Below, in pieces: positions 36,404 to 45,503 of a stretch of 64,000 bases of DNA. Source of the DNA: an uncultured Clostridia bacterium. GTDB lineage: Bacteria > Bacillota > Clostridia > Oscillospirales > CAG-382. The notes beneath the pieces were generated by a model. That model worked only from the letters and a program-made list of their open reading frames with translations. It had not been told where the DNA came from and ran no database searches. Each line of letters begins with the position of its first letter. Positions within the stretch are counted from its first letter, which is position 1. The position numbers and the translations under genes are program-made. The stretch is from the NCBI GenBank assembly GCA_947628695.1, contig CANRAV010000009.1:8551-72550 (forward strand), in the 5' to 3' direction.

Positions 36404-37295
36404 TGTTTTCGACCTCCTTCTTCGCGTCCTCCGCTTCCGCAGCCTTGGAGCCGATAAAATCCGCCACCTCGTCCTTATGCCCGCGCTTTGCAAGCAGAAC
36501 GTAAGCGGTTATTGCCGCTGCGCAGCTTATAAAGCCGACGTAAACCATAAGCTTCTGACCGAAGACAAGAAGGCTGTCCTCGCGCAGTATCTCTATAAAT
36601 CCCCTGCCGAAGCCGTACCAGGCGACGTAAAGCAGGAAAATCTGACCGTCGAACTTCTTCTTCCTGTAGACAAGGTTTATAATTACAAAACCCAGAAGGT
36701 TCCAAAGCGACTCGTACAAAAACGTCGGGTGCGTGACATATGTGTTCGTTCCGCCGCCGCTGTAGGTGTTCTCAAGCACCATGCGCCAGGGGAGCTTCTC
36801 TGCGCCGAAGCCCTCTCCGAAAGCCTCGCCGTTCATAAAGTTGCCCCACCTTCCTATTATTTGGCCTATCATAACGGCAGGACAGATGGCGTCGAAAAAC
36901 TTAAGCGTAGGCAGCTTATTTATCTTTGTATAGGCGAGGAAGGTCAGCGCTCCGAAAATTATCGCGCCGTAGATGGCAAGCCCGCCCTCGCGGATGTTTA
37001 TCATGTCGTAGAAGCTGTGGTACTTGTCAAGGCTTGTGATGACGTAAAGGAACCTTGCGCCGACTATCGCCAGCGGGACCGCAAGAAGCGTAAGATTTAA
37101 GATGTCGTCCTCCAAAAGCAGCTCCGTCCGCTTTGCGCGCAGGTAAAAGTAGATGAAAGCCGCCACAATGCCTGTGCATATTATAAGCGCGTACCAGCGT
37201 ATGTCGAACCCGCCGATTCTGAATGCCACGGGGTTTATATCGAAGCCCTTTTCAAAGCCCAGCCCCGGGAAGCTTACGTGAACGTTTGTCGTCAT
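36390..37295 (-). CDS. lgt: Prolipoprotein diacylglyceryl transferase
   Basis: MTTNVHVSFPGLGFEKGFDINPVAFRIGGFDIRWYAL...GRWGNFMNGEAFG. ATGA overlap with the upstream M16 gene. The start is at 37295. Confidence 0.9.
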   Translation of the reverse strand: MTTNVHVSFPGLGFEKGFDINPVAFRIGGFDIRWYALIICTGIVAAFIYFYLRAKRTELLLEDDILNLTLLAVPLAIVGARFLYVITSLDKYHSFYDMINIREGGLAIYGAIIFGALTFLAYTKINKLPTLKFFDAICPAVMIGQIIGRWGNFMNGEAFGEGFGAEKLPWRMVLENTYSGGGTNTYVTHPTFLYESLWNLLGFVIINLVYRKKKFDGQIFLLYVAWYGFGRGFIEILREDSLLVFGQKLMVYVGFISCAAAITAYVLLAKRGHKDEVADFIGSKAAEAEDAKKEVENNDEA

Positions 37296-38572
37296 TTTTT
37301 CTCCTCCTCGTCGCGTATTACCGAAAGCGCCATGCGCCCAATGTCGTAATCCTCCGCAAAACGCCTTTCTATGTCCTCGACGCTTACCGCGCGCAGCTTT
37401 TCCGTATAGCAAAGCGCGTCCGAGTCGTCGAAAGCGAAGCTCATAAGCGCGGACGCTGTCCCCTCCGCGCTGTTGAAGGTGTCAAGAGACATGGAATAGC
37501 ACACCTTCTTTGCACGCTCAAACTCCCCCATGGTGCAAAGCTTTTCCTTCCTGTTCTGCAGTTCCTCCCGTATAAGGGCGTAAACCCTTTCCGGGTCGGG
37601 CGACGAGCCGCATATCATGACGTAGCTTGCGCCGCGTTCGCAGGTATAGTAGGCGGAAAACCTGTCTCCAAGAAGGCCCTGCTCGTAACAGTTGTTGTAA
37701 AAGCTGCCGCTTTTTCCGAATATTATTTGAAGTATTATCTCGTTTTCGGCGCAGGCGCGCACGCGCTCCTCTCCCATGCCAAGTCCTGCGCATTTTATCC
37801 CGGCGGCAAACAGCGGGGAGGCAACCTCCATAACCGCGCCGGAGCGCGCGCAGCAAAGCTCCTTCGGCTCCTCCGGGCGAAGCTTGTCGGCCGACAAGCC
37901 GCTTTGCGGCCTTAGGGAGGACTTAACCGCCCTCTCCACGGCCTCCGGTTCCACGTCGCCGCAGATGCAGAGAACCATGTTCTCCGCCTTGTAGAACATA
38001 CCGTACGCCTCGTACAGCATGGCCGGCGTCACAGCCGCAACGGATTCCTCCGTGCCGGCAGGGTCAAGCCTTATCGGGTCGAGGCTGTACATGGCGTTCA
38101 GAAGCGAAAAGTGCATCCTCCAGTACGGGTCGTCCGTGTACATGCGGATTTCCTGAAATATTATGGGCTTTTCCCTTTCCACGGCCTCCTCGGTAAAATG
38201 CGGGGTGGACACAACGCGAAGAAGCAGCTTTAAATTTTCCTCCCAATTTTCGGTACAGGAGAACATATAGCAGGTACGGGATGCGGCGGTGTATGCGTTT
38301 GCGTTGGCGCCGCTTTGCGAGAACTGCTCGAACGCGTCGCTCCCGTCCCCGTTTTCAAACATCTTGTGCTCTAAAAAATGGGCAGTCCCTGGCGTAAGCA
38401 GCTTTTCCTTGCCGTCCTGCCTGCAGAAAATGTCGGAGGAGCCGAAGTCCACGCCGAGCACGGCGAAGCAGGAGGAAAGCTTTTTAGGCGACACCAGCAC
38501 ACGGAGGCCGTCTATCACGGTTTTGTAATACCTCTCACCTATGGCCGCATTTTCAACAACTTCAAAGCTCAT
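37292..38572 (-). CDS. M16 family zinc peptidase (active subunit, HxxEH present)
   Basis: GTAHFLEHKMFENG motif. 426 aa. Confidence 0.85.
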   Translation of the reverse strand: MSFEVVENAAIGERYYKTVIDGLRVLVSPKKLSSCFAVLGVDFGSSDIFCRQDGKEKLLTPGTAHFLEHKMFENGDGSDAFEQFSQSGANANAYTAASRTCYMFSCTENWEENLKLLLRVVSTPHFTEEAVEREKPIIFQEIRMYTDDPYWRMHFSLLNAMYSLDPIRLDPAGTEESVAAVTPAMLYEAYGMFYKAENMVLCICGDVEPEAVERAVKSSLRPQSGLSADKLRPEEPKELCCARSGAVMEVASPLFAAGIKCAGLGMGEERVRACAENEIILQIIFGKSGSFYNNCYEQGLLGDRFSAYYTCERGASYVMICGSSPDPERVYALIREELQNRKEKLCTMGEFERAKKVCYSMSLDTFNSAEGTASALMSFAFDDSDALCYTEKLRAVSVEDIERRFAEDYDIGRMALSVIRDEEEKK

Positions 38573-39843
38573 TCGCAGTCACGCCCCTTGCCCTCAAGCA
38601 TATAAAAGGTATCAGCCTCCAGCGTGCGTGCGGCAGACGCCACGTCGTCAAGGCTTGTCTCCTCTATGCGCTTTGCCATTTCCTCCGGAGTTATAAAAAT
38701 GTTCTGTCCCCTGCGAACCGAATACCAGTTTATCATCGCACCGGGGCTGTCGTATATCTCCTTATATGCCGCAAGCACGCCGGCCTTGGCAGCCGAAAAC
38801 TCGCTCTCCGTAACTATGCCGTTTTTAAGGTCCTCTATCTGCTCAAGCACTGCTGTTTCCACCGTTTCACGGTTGTTTCCGTCTATCCCGGCGGAGACGG
38901 TAAGTATCCCCTTAACCCCGTCCAGCGACGGCGAGCAGTAGTAGCAAAGCCCCTGCTTTTCCCTGACGTTTGTAAAAAGCTTGCCGCAGGGCGAGCCCAA
39001 AACCTCGCATGCCAAAAGCATAGCCGCGTAACTGTCGCTTTTCATGGTGACCGGCGCGCGGAAGGCCATGCAAAGCTTGCTTTGCATGGCGTCTGTCTGC
39101 TCCGCCGACCTCTTTAAGCCGTCCCGCACGGGGGATATGGCCGTTTCGTAAACGTGCTCTTCCCTGTCGCCGAACGGCAGATATTTTTTGCAGCAGTCAA
39201 AAACCGTGTCCGCACTTGCCCTGCCGACAAAGTAAATGCTTACCGGTGCCGTTCTTATAAGCCTGTCATAGCTATCCTTAAGCGCCCTGCCGTCGATGCC
39301 GTCAAGCAGCTTTGCGTCGCCTACCGCGGAGACACGGTACGCCTCATCCCGGCACATAAGGTTTAAGCACTTGCTCATTGCAAGGCGTGCCTTGTCCTCT
39401 TTTAAGGTGCCTATTTCCTCTTTTAGGTGATCCTTCTCCGATTCGACTATACGCCTTGGGAAAGCGCCGTCCTCAAGCAGCGGGTCGAAAATCATCAAAC
39501 CGAGCATTCTCATGCTCCCCGCGAGGACGTCTGCGCCGTCGTAGGTGTACTCGTCCTCTATGCAGGAAAGCTTAAAGCAGATGTTCTGCACCTCTCCCGC
39601 CTTTTCAACGCAGGTGTCAAGGTCTGCTGCATAAAGCTCCTCAAGGGCGGTGTTGAAGCTTTGAAGGGTCGGGAACTCCGCACAGCAGCGGCTTAAGACG
39701 TTTGTGAGAAGCGAATAATGCGTTGCCGTTTCCGCCCGAAGCGGAACGGCAAGCTTCACCGCCATAAGGTTCGATTTGAACTTGTCTGTCGGCAGCACGG
39801 TAAGGGAAACGCCCCTGCACAGGCTGCGAGTTTCAACTGTCAT
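38569..39843 (-). CDS. M16 family peptidase-like protein (no HxxEH motif; probable non-catalytic partner)
   Basis: 424 aa with M16 architecture. The HxxEH position reads THYSLLTNVL. There is a 4-nt overlap with the downstream M16 gene. Confidence 0.75.
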   Translation of the reverse strand: MTVETRSLCRGVSLTVLPTDKFKSNLMAVKLAVPLRAETATHYSLLTNVLSRCCAEFPTLQSFNTALEELYAADLDTCVEKAGEVQNICFKLSCIEDEYTYDGADVLAGSMRMLGLMIFDPLLEDGAFPRRIVESEKDHLKEEIGTLKEDKARLAMSKCLNLMCRDEAYRVSAVGDAKLLDGIDGRALKDSYDRLIRTAPVSIYFVGRASADTVFDCCKKYLPFGDREEHVYETAISPVRDGLKRSAEQTDAMQSKLCMAFRAPVTMKSDSYAAMLLACEVLGSPCGKLFTNVREKQGLCYYCSPSLDGVKGILTVSAGIDGNNRETVETAVLEQIEDLKNGIVTESEFSAAKAGVLAAYKEIYDSPGAMINWYSVRRGQNIFITPEEMAKRIEETSLDDVASAARTLEADTFYMLEGKGRDCE

Positions 39844-40325
39844 TAAATTCTCCTAAAGTCCTCGATTAAGCACACAGCATGAGCGGCTATGCCGAGACGC
39901 TGCCCGGTGAAGCCCAGGCCTTCCTCTGTTGTGGCCTTTACGTTTACCGCGTCCGGAATGATGCGAAGCGCCTCGGCTATATTGCGCTTCATTTCCTCGA
40001 TATAAGGCGACAGACGCGGCCGTTCGGCTATGACCGTACAGTCCACGTTGACGACCCTGTACCCTCTTGCGGTGACGAGCGTCGTGACGTTTTCAAGAAG
40101 CCTTATGCTTGATATATCCTTGAAACGCTCGTCCGTGTCCGAAAAATGTCTTCCTATGTCGCCAAGCGCGGCGGCGCCGAGGAGCGCGTCACACACGGCG
40201 TGAAGCAGAACGTCCGCGTCGGAATGCCCCAAAAGCCCCTTTTCGTACGGTATCTCAACGCCGCCTATGAAGAGCCTTCTGCCCTCGGAAAAGGCGTGTA
40301 CGTCGTACCCGTGACCTACTCTCAT
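39843..40325 (-). CDS. ispF: 2-C-methyl-D-erythritol 2,4-cyclodiphosphate synthase
   Basis: [51 protein letters not shown]... Confidence 0.95.
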   Translation of the reverse strand: MRVGHGYDVHAFSEGRRLFIGGVEIPYEKGLLGHSDADVLLHAVCDALLGAAALGDIGRHFSDTDERFKDISSIRLLENVTTLVTARGYRVVNVDCTVIAERPRLSPYIEEMKRNIAEALRIIPDAVNVKATTEEGLGFTGQRLGIAAHAVCLIEDFRRI

Positions 40326-41026
40326 TTAAGCCCTTCCTTCCTTCGCCTCTGCTCTATAAACCGGGCGGTGAACACGTCCTCCGCCTTTGTAAGCTTTATG
40401 TTGCTGCCGTCGGTCTCTACATATTTTACCTTAAAGCCGGCGTGTTCGACAACGGATGTGTCGTCGGTTGAGACGTAGCCGTCCCTTTTCGCAACGGCAA
40501 GGCTTGCGGTGTACATCTTCGCCTCGAACACCTGCGGCGTCTGAACGGCGAAGAGATGCTTCCTTTCCGGCGTGTAAACGGTGCCGTTTTCGCCGTTTAC
40601 GTACTTTACGGTGTCTGTCACCGGCGTGCAAACGGCAGCCGCGCCATTTTCAAAGGCGGCGGAAACGGCGCTTTCTATAATAGCCGGCGTCACAAGCGGA
40701 CGCGCGCAGTCGTGGATACAGTAAAACGCAGCCTTTGCGTTTGCCGCGGCGATGCCGCTTTTGACGGAGTCCGCACGCGTCGCCCCGCCTGCGGCAAACT
40801 TCAAGGGCTTTGCCGTAAAGAAAGCGCTTTCCTCCTCAAGCTCCGCCGCACTGCGGCAGACAACGACGACCTCGTCTATGCAATTGGCGCTTTCAAAGGC
40901 CTCCAGCACCAGGCGGAAGGCCGTCTTTTCGCCGATTTTGATAAGCGCCTTGTTGACACCGCCCATGCGGGTGCCGCTGCCGGCACCCACAATAACGGCG
41001 GAAACAAAAGGCCTTTCAGCACTCAT
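40322..41026 (-). CDS. ispD: 2-C-methyl-D-erythritol 4-phosphate cytidylyltransferase
   Basis: [19 protein letters not shown]...VHDCARPLV... Confidence 0.93.
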   Translation of the reverse strand: MSAERPFVSAVIVGAGSGTRMGGVNKALIKIGEKTAFRLVLEAFESANCIDEVVVVCRSAAELEEESAFFTAKPLKFAAGGATRADSVKSGIAAANAKAAFYCIHDCARPLVTPAIIESAVSAAFENGAAAVCTPVTDTVKYVNGENGTVYTPERKHLFAVQTPQVFEAKMYTASLAVAKRDGYVSTDDTSVVEHAGFKVKYVETDGSNIKLTKAEDVFTARFIEQRRRKEGLK

Positions 41027-41549
41027 ATCCGAAGCCTATCTCAAGCGCCTTGTGATTGGCCGCTGCAAGATGCGCCTTGGATGCGGGGATCCCGGAATTA
41101 AGGGATTCCTTGAAGAATTCCTCATCGAAAAGCCCCGTCTTCTTGACTATAAAGCCAAGCATTATTACGTTTGCCATGCCGGGAAGCCCGTTTTCATCCG
41201 CAAGCTCCGTCGCCGGTATGTAATACGCCTTAATGTCGTCCCTTTCGGACTTTTTGCTTACAAGCGAGCTGTCCACAAACAGCATGCCGCCCTTTACGAC
41301 CTTGCTTTCGAACTTGTCAAAAGAAGGCGTGTTGAAGGCGAGAAGTATGTCCGGCTTTGTCACAAGCGGGCTGCCTATGGGCTCGTCCTCAACAATGACG
41401 CTGCAGTTGCAGGTGCCGCCCCTCATCTCCGGGCCGTAGGAAGGAAGCCAGCTTACGTTTTTACCGAGCTTCATGCCCGCAAGAACAATCTGCTTGCCCG
41501 CAAAAAGTATGCCCTGGCCGCCGAAACCGGCAAGCAATATATTACTCAT
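41016..41549 (-). CDS. 2-oxoacid:ferredoxin oxidoreductase, gamma subunit
   Basis: 177 aa. ILLAGFGGQGILFAGKQI... It is the last gene of a delta-alpha-beta-gamma set. Confidence 0.88.
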   Translation of the reverse strand: MSNILLAGFGGQGILFAGKQIVLAGMKLGKNVSWLPSYGPEMRGGTCNCSVIVEDEPIGSPLVTKPDILLAFNTPSFDKFESKVVKGGMLFVDSSLVSKKSERDDIKAYYIPATELADENGLPGMANVIMLGFIVKKTGLFDEEFFKESLNSGIPASKAHLAAANHKALEIGFGYEC

Positions 41550-42297
41550 TCTCCGCTGCCTCCTTTGTAAGGTCCTTGTAAACGCCGAGAGGATAATGCT
41601 CCATCATGTTTTCGCGAAGCCACTCTATCGCCTTCTCCGGGGAAAGCCCCCAGTTGGTCGGGCAGGTGGAAAGCACCTCTACTATGCTGAGGCCCAGCTT
41701 GTTCTTCTGAACCTCAAACGCCTTCCTTATCGCCTTTTTGGCGTTTATAACGTTCTTTACGCAGTCAACAGCGACGCGCTCTGCATACGCAGTGCCGTCA
41801 AGAGTGGAAAGCATCTCCACAACGCGTATGGGGTTGCCCTGTATTTCCTTCTTCCTGCCGTAGGGCGAGGTCGTGGTGACCTGACCCAAAAGCGTAGTCG
41901 GCGCCATCTGACCGCCGGTCATGCCGTAAATCGTGTTGTTTATGAATATTACCGTTATGTTCTCGCCCCTTGTGCCGACGTGCACGGTCTCCGCCGTGCC
42001 GATAGCGGCAAGGTCGCCGTCACCCTGATAGGTGAACACAAAATTGTCCGGATGGCTGCGCTTTACGCCCGTTGCAACGGCCGGAGCGCGCCCGTGCGGT
42101 GCCTGGATCATATCGCAGCCGAAATAGTCGTAAGAGAACACGGAGCAGCCGACGGAAGCTATGCCGACAGTCTCGCCCTCTATACCCATTTCGTCTATTA
42201 CCTCTGCCACAAGCCTGTGCACAATGCCGTGCGTACAGCCGGGGCAGTAGTGGAAAGGCGCGTTTGTAAGCGCCTTGGGCTTATCGAATACTACCAT
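41542..42297 (-). CDS. 2-oxoacid:ferredoxin oxidoreductase, beta (TPP-binding) subunit
   Basis: YCPGCTHGIVHRL...GDGDLAAIG...NNTIYGMTGGQ. Confidence 0.9.
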   Translation of the reverse strand: MVVFDKPKALTNAPFHYCPGCTHGIVHRLVAEVIDEMGIEGETVGIASVGCSVFSYDYFGCDMIQAPHGRAPAVATGVKRSHPDNFVFTYQGDGDLAAIGTAETVHVGTRGENITVIFINNTIYGMTGGQMAPTTLLGQVTTTSPYGRKKEIQGNPIRVVEMLSTLDGTAYAERVAVDCVKNVINAKKAIRKAFEVQKNKLGLSIVEVLSTCPTNWGLSPEKAIEWLRENMMEHYPLGVYKDLTKEAAENE

Positions 42298-42299
42298 TT

Positions 42300-43364
42300 T
42301 CAGTCAGCACCTCCGTTCATTTCTTCGATCTTCGCAAGTATCTCGTCGGGCGTGGGTATAATGCCGCCGGTTCTTCCGAAGAACTCTACGGGTCTTCTGC
42401 AGTCCGTTGCGACCTTTACGTCGTCGACCATCTGACCCATGTTCATTTCCACAACAAGGAACTTTTTAACCTTGTCTGCAAGTGCCGAAAGCTGCTTTTT
42501 GGGATAGGGCCACAGCGTTATCGGGCGGAAGAGCCCGGCCTTTATTCCCTTCTCCCTTGCGGCCTTGACGGCTGTTTTCGCAATGCGCGCGGTTATGCCG
42601 TAGGAAACTATGCAGATGTCGGCGTCTTCGGTCATGTACCCGTCGTACATTACCTCTTTTTCCTCTATAAGCTTGTACCTTTCAAACCTGGCAAGAACAG
42701 TCTGCTCCAACACCTCCGGGCTTATGTAAAGCGAGTTGACGACGTTGTGTTCCCTCTTGTTGCCGTGTCCGCATGCAGCCCAGGTCTTTTCGGGAAGCGT
42801 GCGCTGCTTCTTGGCCTCGAAGTCCACCGGCTCCATCATCTGCCCCAGTGCGCCGTCCGCAAGAAGCATAACCGGCGTGCGGTATATGTCCGCAAGGTCA
42901 AACGCCTCGCCCATAAGTGTGGCTATCTCCTGCACATAAGCGGGTGCAAGGACGATAAAATGCTGGTCGCCGTGACCCAAGGCCTTTGTCGCCTGCAGAT
43001 AGTCCGACTGTGCCGGCTGAATGCCGCCGAGACCCGGACCGCCGCGCTGAACGTTCACTATAACGCAGGGCAGGTCGGAACCGATTATGTAGGAAATGCC
43101 CTCGCTTTTAAGGCTGACCCCGGGGGACGAAGACGAGGTAAAGGCACGCTCACCGGAGGCGTTGCAGCCTAAAACCATGTTTATCGCCGCGACCTCGCTT
43201 TCGGCCTGAAGGCAAAGCCCGCCGACCTTCGGCATTTTCTTTGCAAGATATTCCGCAAGCTCTGTCTGCGGTGTTATGGGATAACCGAAGAAATAACGGC
43301 AGCCGGCACGTATGGCGGCCTCACCGATGACCTCGTTGCCCTTCATAAGCATCTTTTCCGCCAT
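42300..43364 (-). CDS. 2-oxoacid:ferredoxin oxidoreductase, alpha subunit
   Basis: 354 aa. MKGNEVIGEAAIRAGCRYFFGYPITPQTEL... Confidence 0.9.
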   Translation of the reverse strand: MAEKMLMKGNEVIGEAAIRAGCRYFFGYPITPQTELAEYLAKKMPKVGGLCLQAESEVAAINMVLGCNASGERAFTSSSSPGVSLKSEGISYIIGSDLPCVIVNVQRGGPGLGGIQPAQSDYLQATKALGHGDQHFIVLAPAYVQEIATLMGEAFDLADIYRTPVMLLADGALGQMMEPVDFEAKKQRTLPEKTWAACGHGNKREHNVVNSLYISPEVLEQTVLARFERYKLIEEKEVMYDGYMTEDADICIVSYGITARIAKTAVKAAREKGIKAGLFRPITLWPYPKKQLSALADKVKKFLVVEMNMGQMVDDVKVATDCRRPVEFFGRTGGIIPTPDEILAKIEEMNGGAD

Positions 43365-43582
43365 TATTCTTCACATCCTTTCTCTACTTTGATTACAACG
43401 TCCGGGCACATCGTGGCACACATAGCGCAGGCAATGCACTTCTCTGCCTCCGTGACGTGCGCGGGGTGGTAGCCCTTTGCGTTAAGCACGGAGGTGTCAA
43501 GCGCCACTATGTGCCTCGGGCAGGCGCTTACACAAAGCCCGCAGCCCTTGCAAAGGTCCGTTTTAAAGCTAACCCTGTTCAT
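43364..43582 (-). CDS. 2-oxoacid:ferredoxin oxidoreductase, delta subunit (2x[4Fe-4S] ferredoxin)
   Basis: CKGCGLCVSACP and CIACAMCATMCP motifs. 72 aa. Confidence 0.88.
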   Translation of the reverse strand: MNRVSFKTDLCKGCGLCVSACPRHIVALDTSVLNAKGYHPAHVTEAEKCIACAMCATMCPDVVIKVEKGCEE

Positions 43583-43616
43583 TTTGGCTTCCTTTCTCTT
43601 TAGGGAAATTTATATT

Positions 43617-44276
43617 TCAAAACAACTTTTTTGTTGCATTGTCCATTAAAAACACGTCGCCTTCTATCCTCCCGGCGACATTTCTAAATACCGAGCTTGC
43701 AAGAACCGGCTTGCCGGCCGCCTTCGCCGCGGCAAGGCAAACCTTAAGCCCCCGGTTTACCGTTTCCGAGGTTGTCTCAGCACCCAGATTGCTGTTGTTG
43801 ACCAGTCCGCTTACGGTAAGCGACGACATCGCCTCTATAGCCCTGATTGATTCAACCGCCTCTTCCGCCTCCGATGTAAGCGGGCGGCAGGCGTTGAAGA
43901 CGTACAGCATGTCGTAGCCGCATTCTATAAAGCCGTCCCTGTATACGGAGAGGGCAACAGCGCCGTCGTCACCGCCGACGTCAACAATGCACATCTCGTC
44001 CGTCTGAAAAACGGACTGGAACTCCGCAGGTATGGACGGTATGTCCACATTTGTGTTGGCAAACTGCGGTATAATGCAGCGGACACCCACAGCCTCCAGC
44101 TCTTCTCTGTTGTCGGCAGTGCGGAAATAGGGGTTTACAATGTCGAGGTCCGCTATGCAGACCCTCCTGCCTGCCGCAGCCGCAGCCTTAGCAAGGTTGA
44201 CCGCAACGTTTGTCTTCCCCGCCCCGTAGTGGCCGCAGACAATAACCAGGCGGTTTTTTATTTTTTCAAGAAGCAT
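43617..44276 (-). CDS. P-loop NTPase (MinD/ParA/CobQ-like ATP-binding protein), function unknown
   Basis: Walker A GHYGAGKTNVAVNLA. 219 aa. Confidence 0.65.
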   Translation of the reverse strand: MLLEKIKNRLVIVCGHYGAGKTNVAVNLAKAAAAAGRRVCIADLDIVNPYFRTADNREELEAVGVRCIIPQFANTNVDIPSIPAEFQSVFQTDEMCIVDVGGDDGAVALSVYRDGFIECGYDMLYVFNACRPLTSEAEEAVESIRAIEAMSSLTVSGLVNNSNLGAETTSETVNRGLKVCLAAAKAAGKPVLASSVFRNVAGRIEGDVFLMDNATKKLF

Positions 44277-44279
44277 ATT

Positions 44280-45500
44280 TCAAACGCACCTTATAATGTC
44301 CCATTTTTTTGCATTTTTCATCGGTATGTAAAACACCTGCTTCGGGTGTGGGCAGCTTTCTATCCTGTCAAAGCTTTCGTCAAGCATTTCCGTTACCTCA
44401 AAGCTCTCCCCGCAGCCGCCGGGTGTCAGGCGCTGTACCGTATCGCCCACTTTAAACTTGTTCCGCTGTATAAGCCGCGCAAGCCCCTTTTCTTCGTCAA
44501 ATCCGTCAACGGTGGCGAGAAACGCCCTGTCGTTTATATAGACGTTTTCCCTGCACACCTGCGCCGCCTCCCCCGGAGAGGAGAAGAAAAAGCCCGTTCC
44601 GTACTCCCTGTGGCTGACGTTTTCAACCTCCGTTTTCCAGGCGGGGTTAAAGGCGTAGGATGAGGGGTTCTCCGCATAGCTGTCGTAAGCCATACGGTAG
44701 GCGTTTGTGACGGCCGCCGTATAGTAGGCGCTTTTCATCCTGCCCTCTATCTTAAAGCTATCTATCCCCGCCTCTGCAAGGGAGGGGATATGCTCCACCA
44801 TGCAGAGATCCTTGGAGGAAAAGGCATAGGTGCCGCCTTCGTCCTGCTCCGCCGAAAAAAGCGGAATGCCGTCCCTCACGTCCGCCATGCTGTACTGCCA
44901 GCGGCAAGGCTGCGCGCACATGCCGCGGTTGGCGTCCCTGCCTGTGGCGTAGTTTGAAAGCAGGCACCTTCCGGAGTACGAAACGCACATCGCCCCGTGC
45001 ACGAAGCACTCTATCTCCATGTCCTTCGGTATGTTCTGCCTTATGGCGCGTATCTCGTCAAGCGTCAGCTCTCTAGCGAGGACGACGCGCTTTATACCGA
45101 AGCTTTCGTACCAAAGCCGGCAAGCGCGGCTGTTTACCGTGGAGCACTGGGTGGAAAGGTGAATCTCCGCTTTCGGAAGAAGCCTCCTTACCGTGGCCAT
45201 TACGCCCGGGTCGCTTACTATAAACGCGTCGGGGATTTCCCCTTCAAGGCCTTGCAGAAGCGTGTCAAGGTCATTAAGCTCGCCCTCGTGCGGCATGGTG
45301 TTAAGCGTGCAGTAAACCTTTACCCCGTGGGAGTGCGCAAAGTCAAGCCCCTGCCTGTACTCCTCCGGCGTGAAATTGCCAGCGGAAGCGCGCATACCGA
45401 AGCGGCTCAGCGCAAGGTACACCGCATCTGCGCCGTAGGCGACGGCAAAGTGCAGCTTTTCAAGGTCCCCGGCCGGGGAAAGAATTTCAACCCTTTTCAT
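44280..45500 (-). CDS. Peptidase U32 family protein
   Basis: U32 signature IECFVHGAMCVSYSGRCLLS. 406 aa. Confidence 0.88.
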   Translation of the reverse strand: MKRVEILSPAGDLEKLHFAVAYGADAVYLALSRFGMRASAGNFTPEEYRQGLDFAHSHGVKVYCTLNTMPHEGELNDLDTLLQGLEGEIPDAFIVSDPGVMATVRRLLPKAEIHLSTQCSTVNSRACRLWYESFGIKRVVLARELTLDEIRAIRQNIPKDMEIECFVHGAMCVSYSGRCLLSNYATGRDANRGMCAQPCRWQYSMADVRDGIPLFSAEQDEGGTYAFSSKDLCMVEHIPSLAEAGIDSFKIEGRMKSAYYTAAVTNAYRMAYDSYAENPSSYAFNPAWKTEVENVSHREYGTGFFFSSPGEAAQVCRENVYINDRAFLATVDGFDEEKGLARLIQRNKFKVGDTVQRLTPGGCGESFEVTEMLDESFDRIESCPHPKQVFYIPMKNAKKWDIIRCV

Positions 45501-45503
45501 GCC

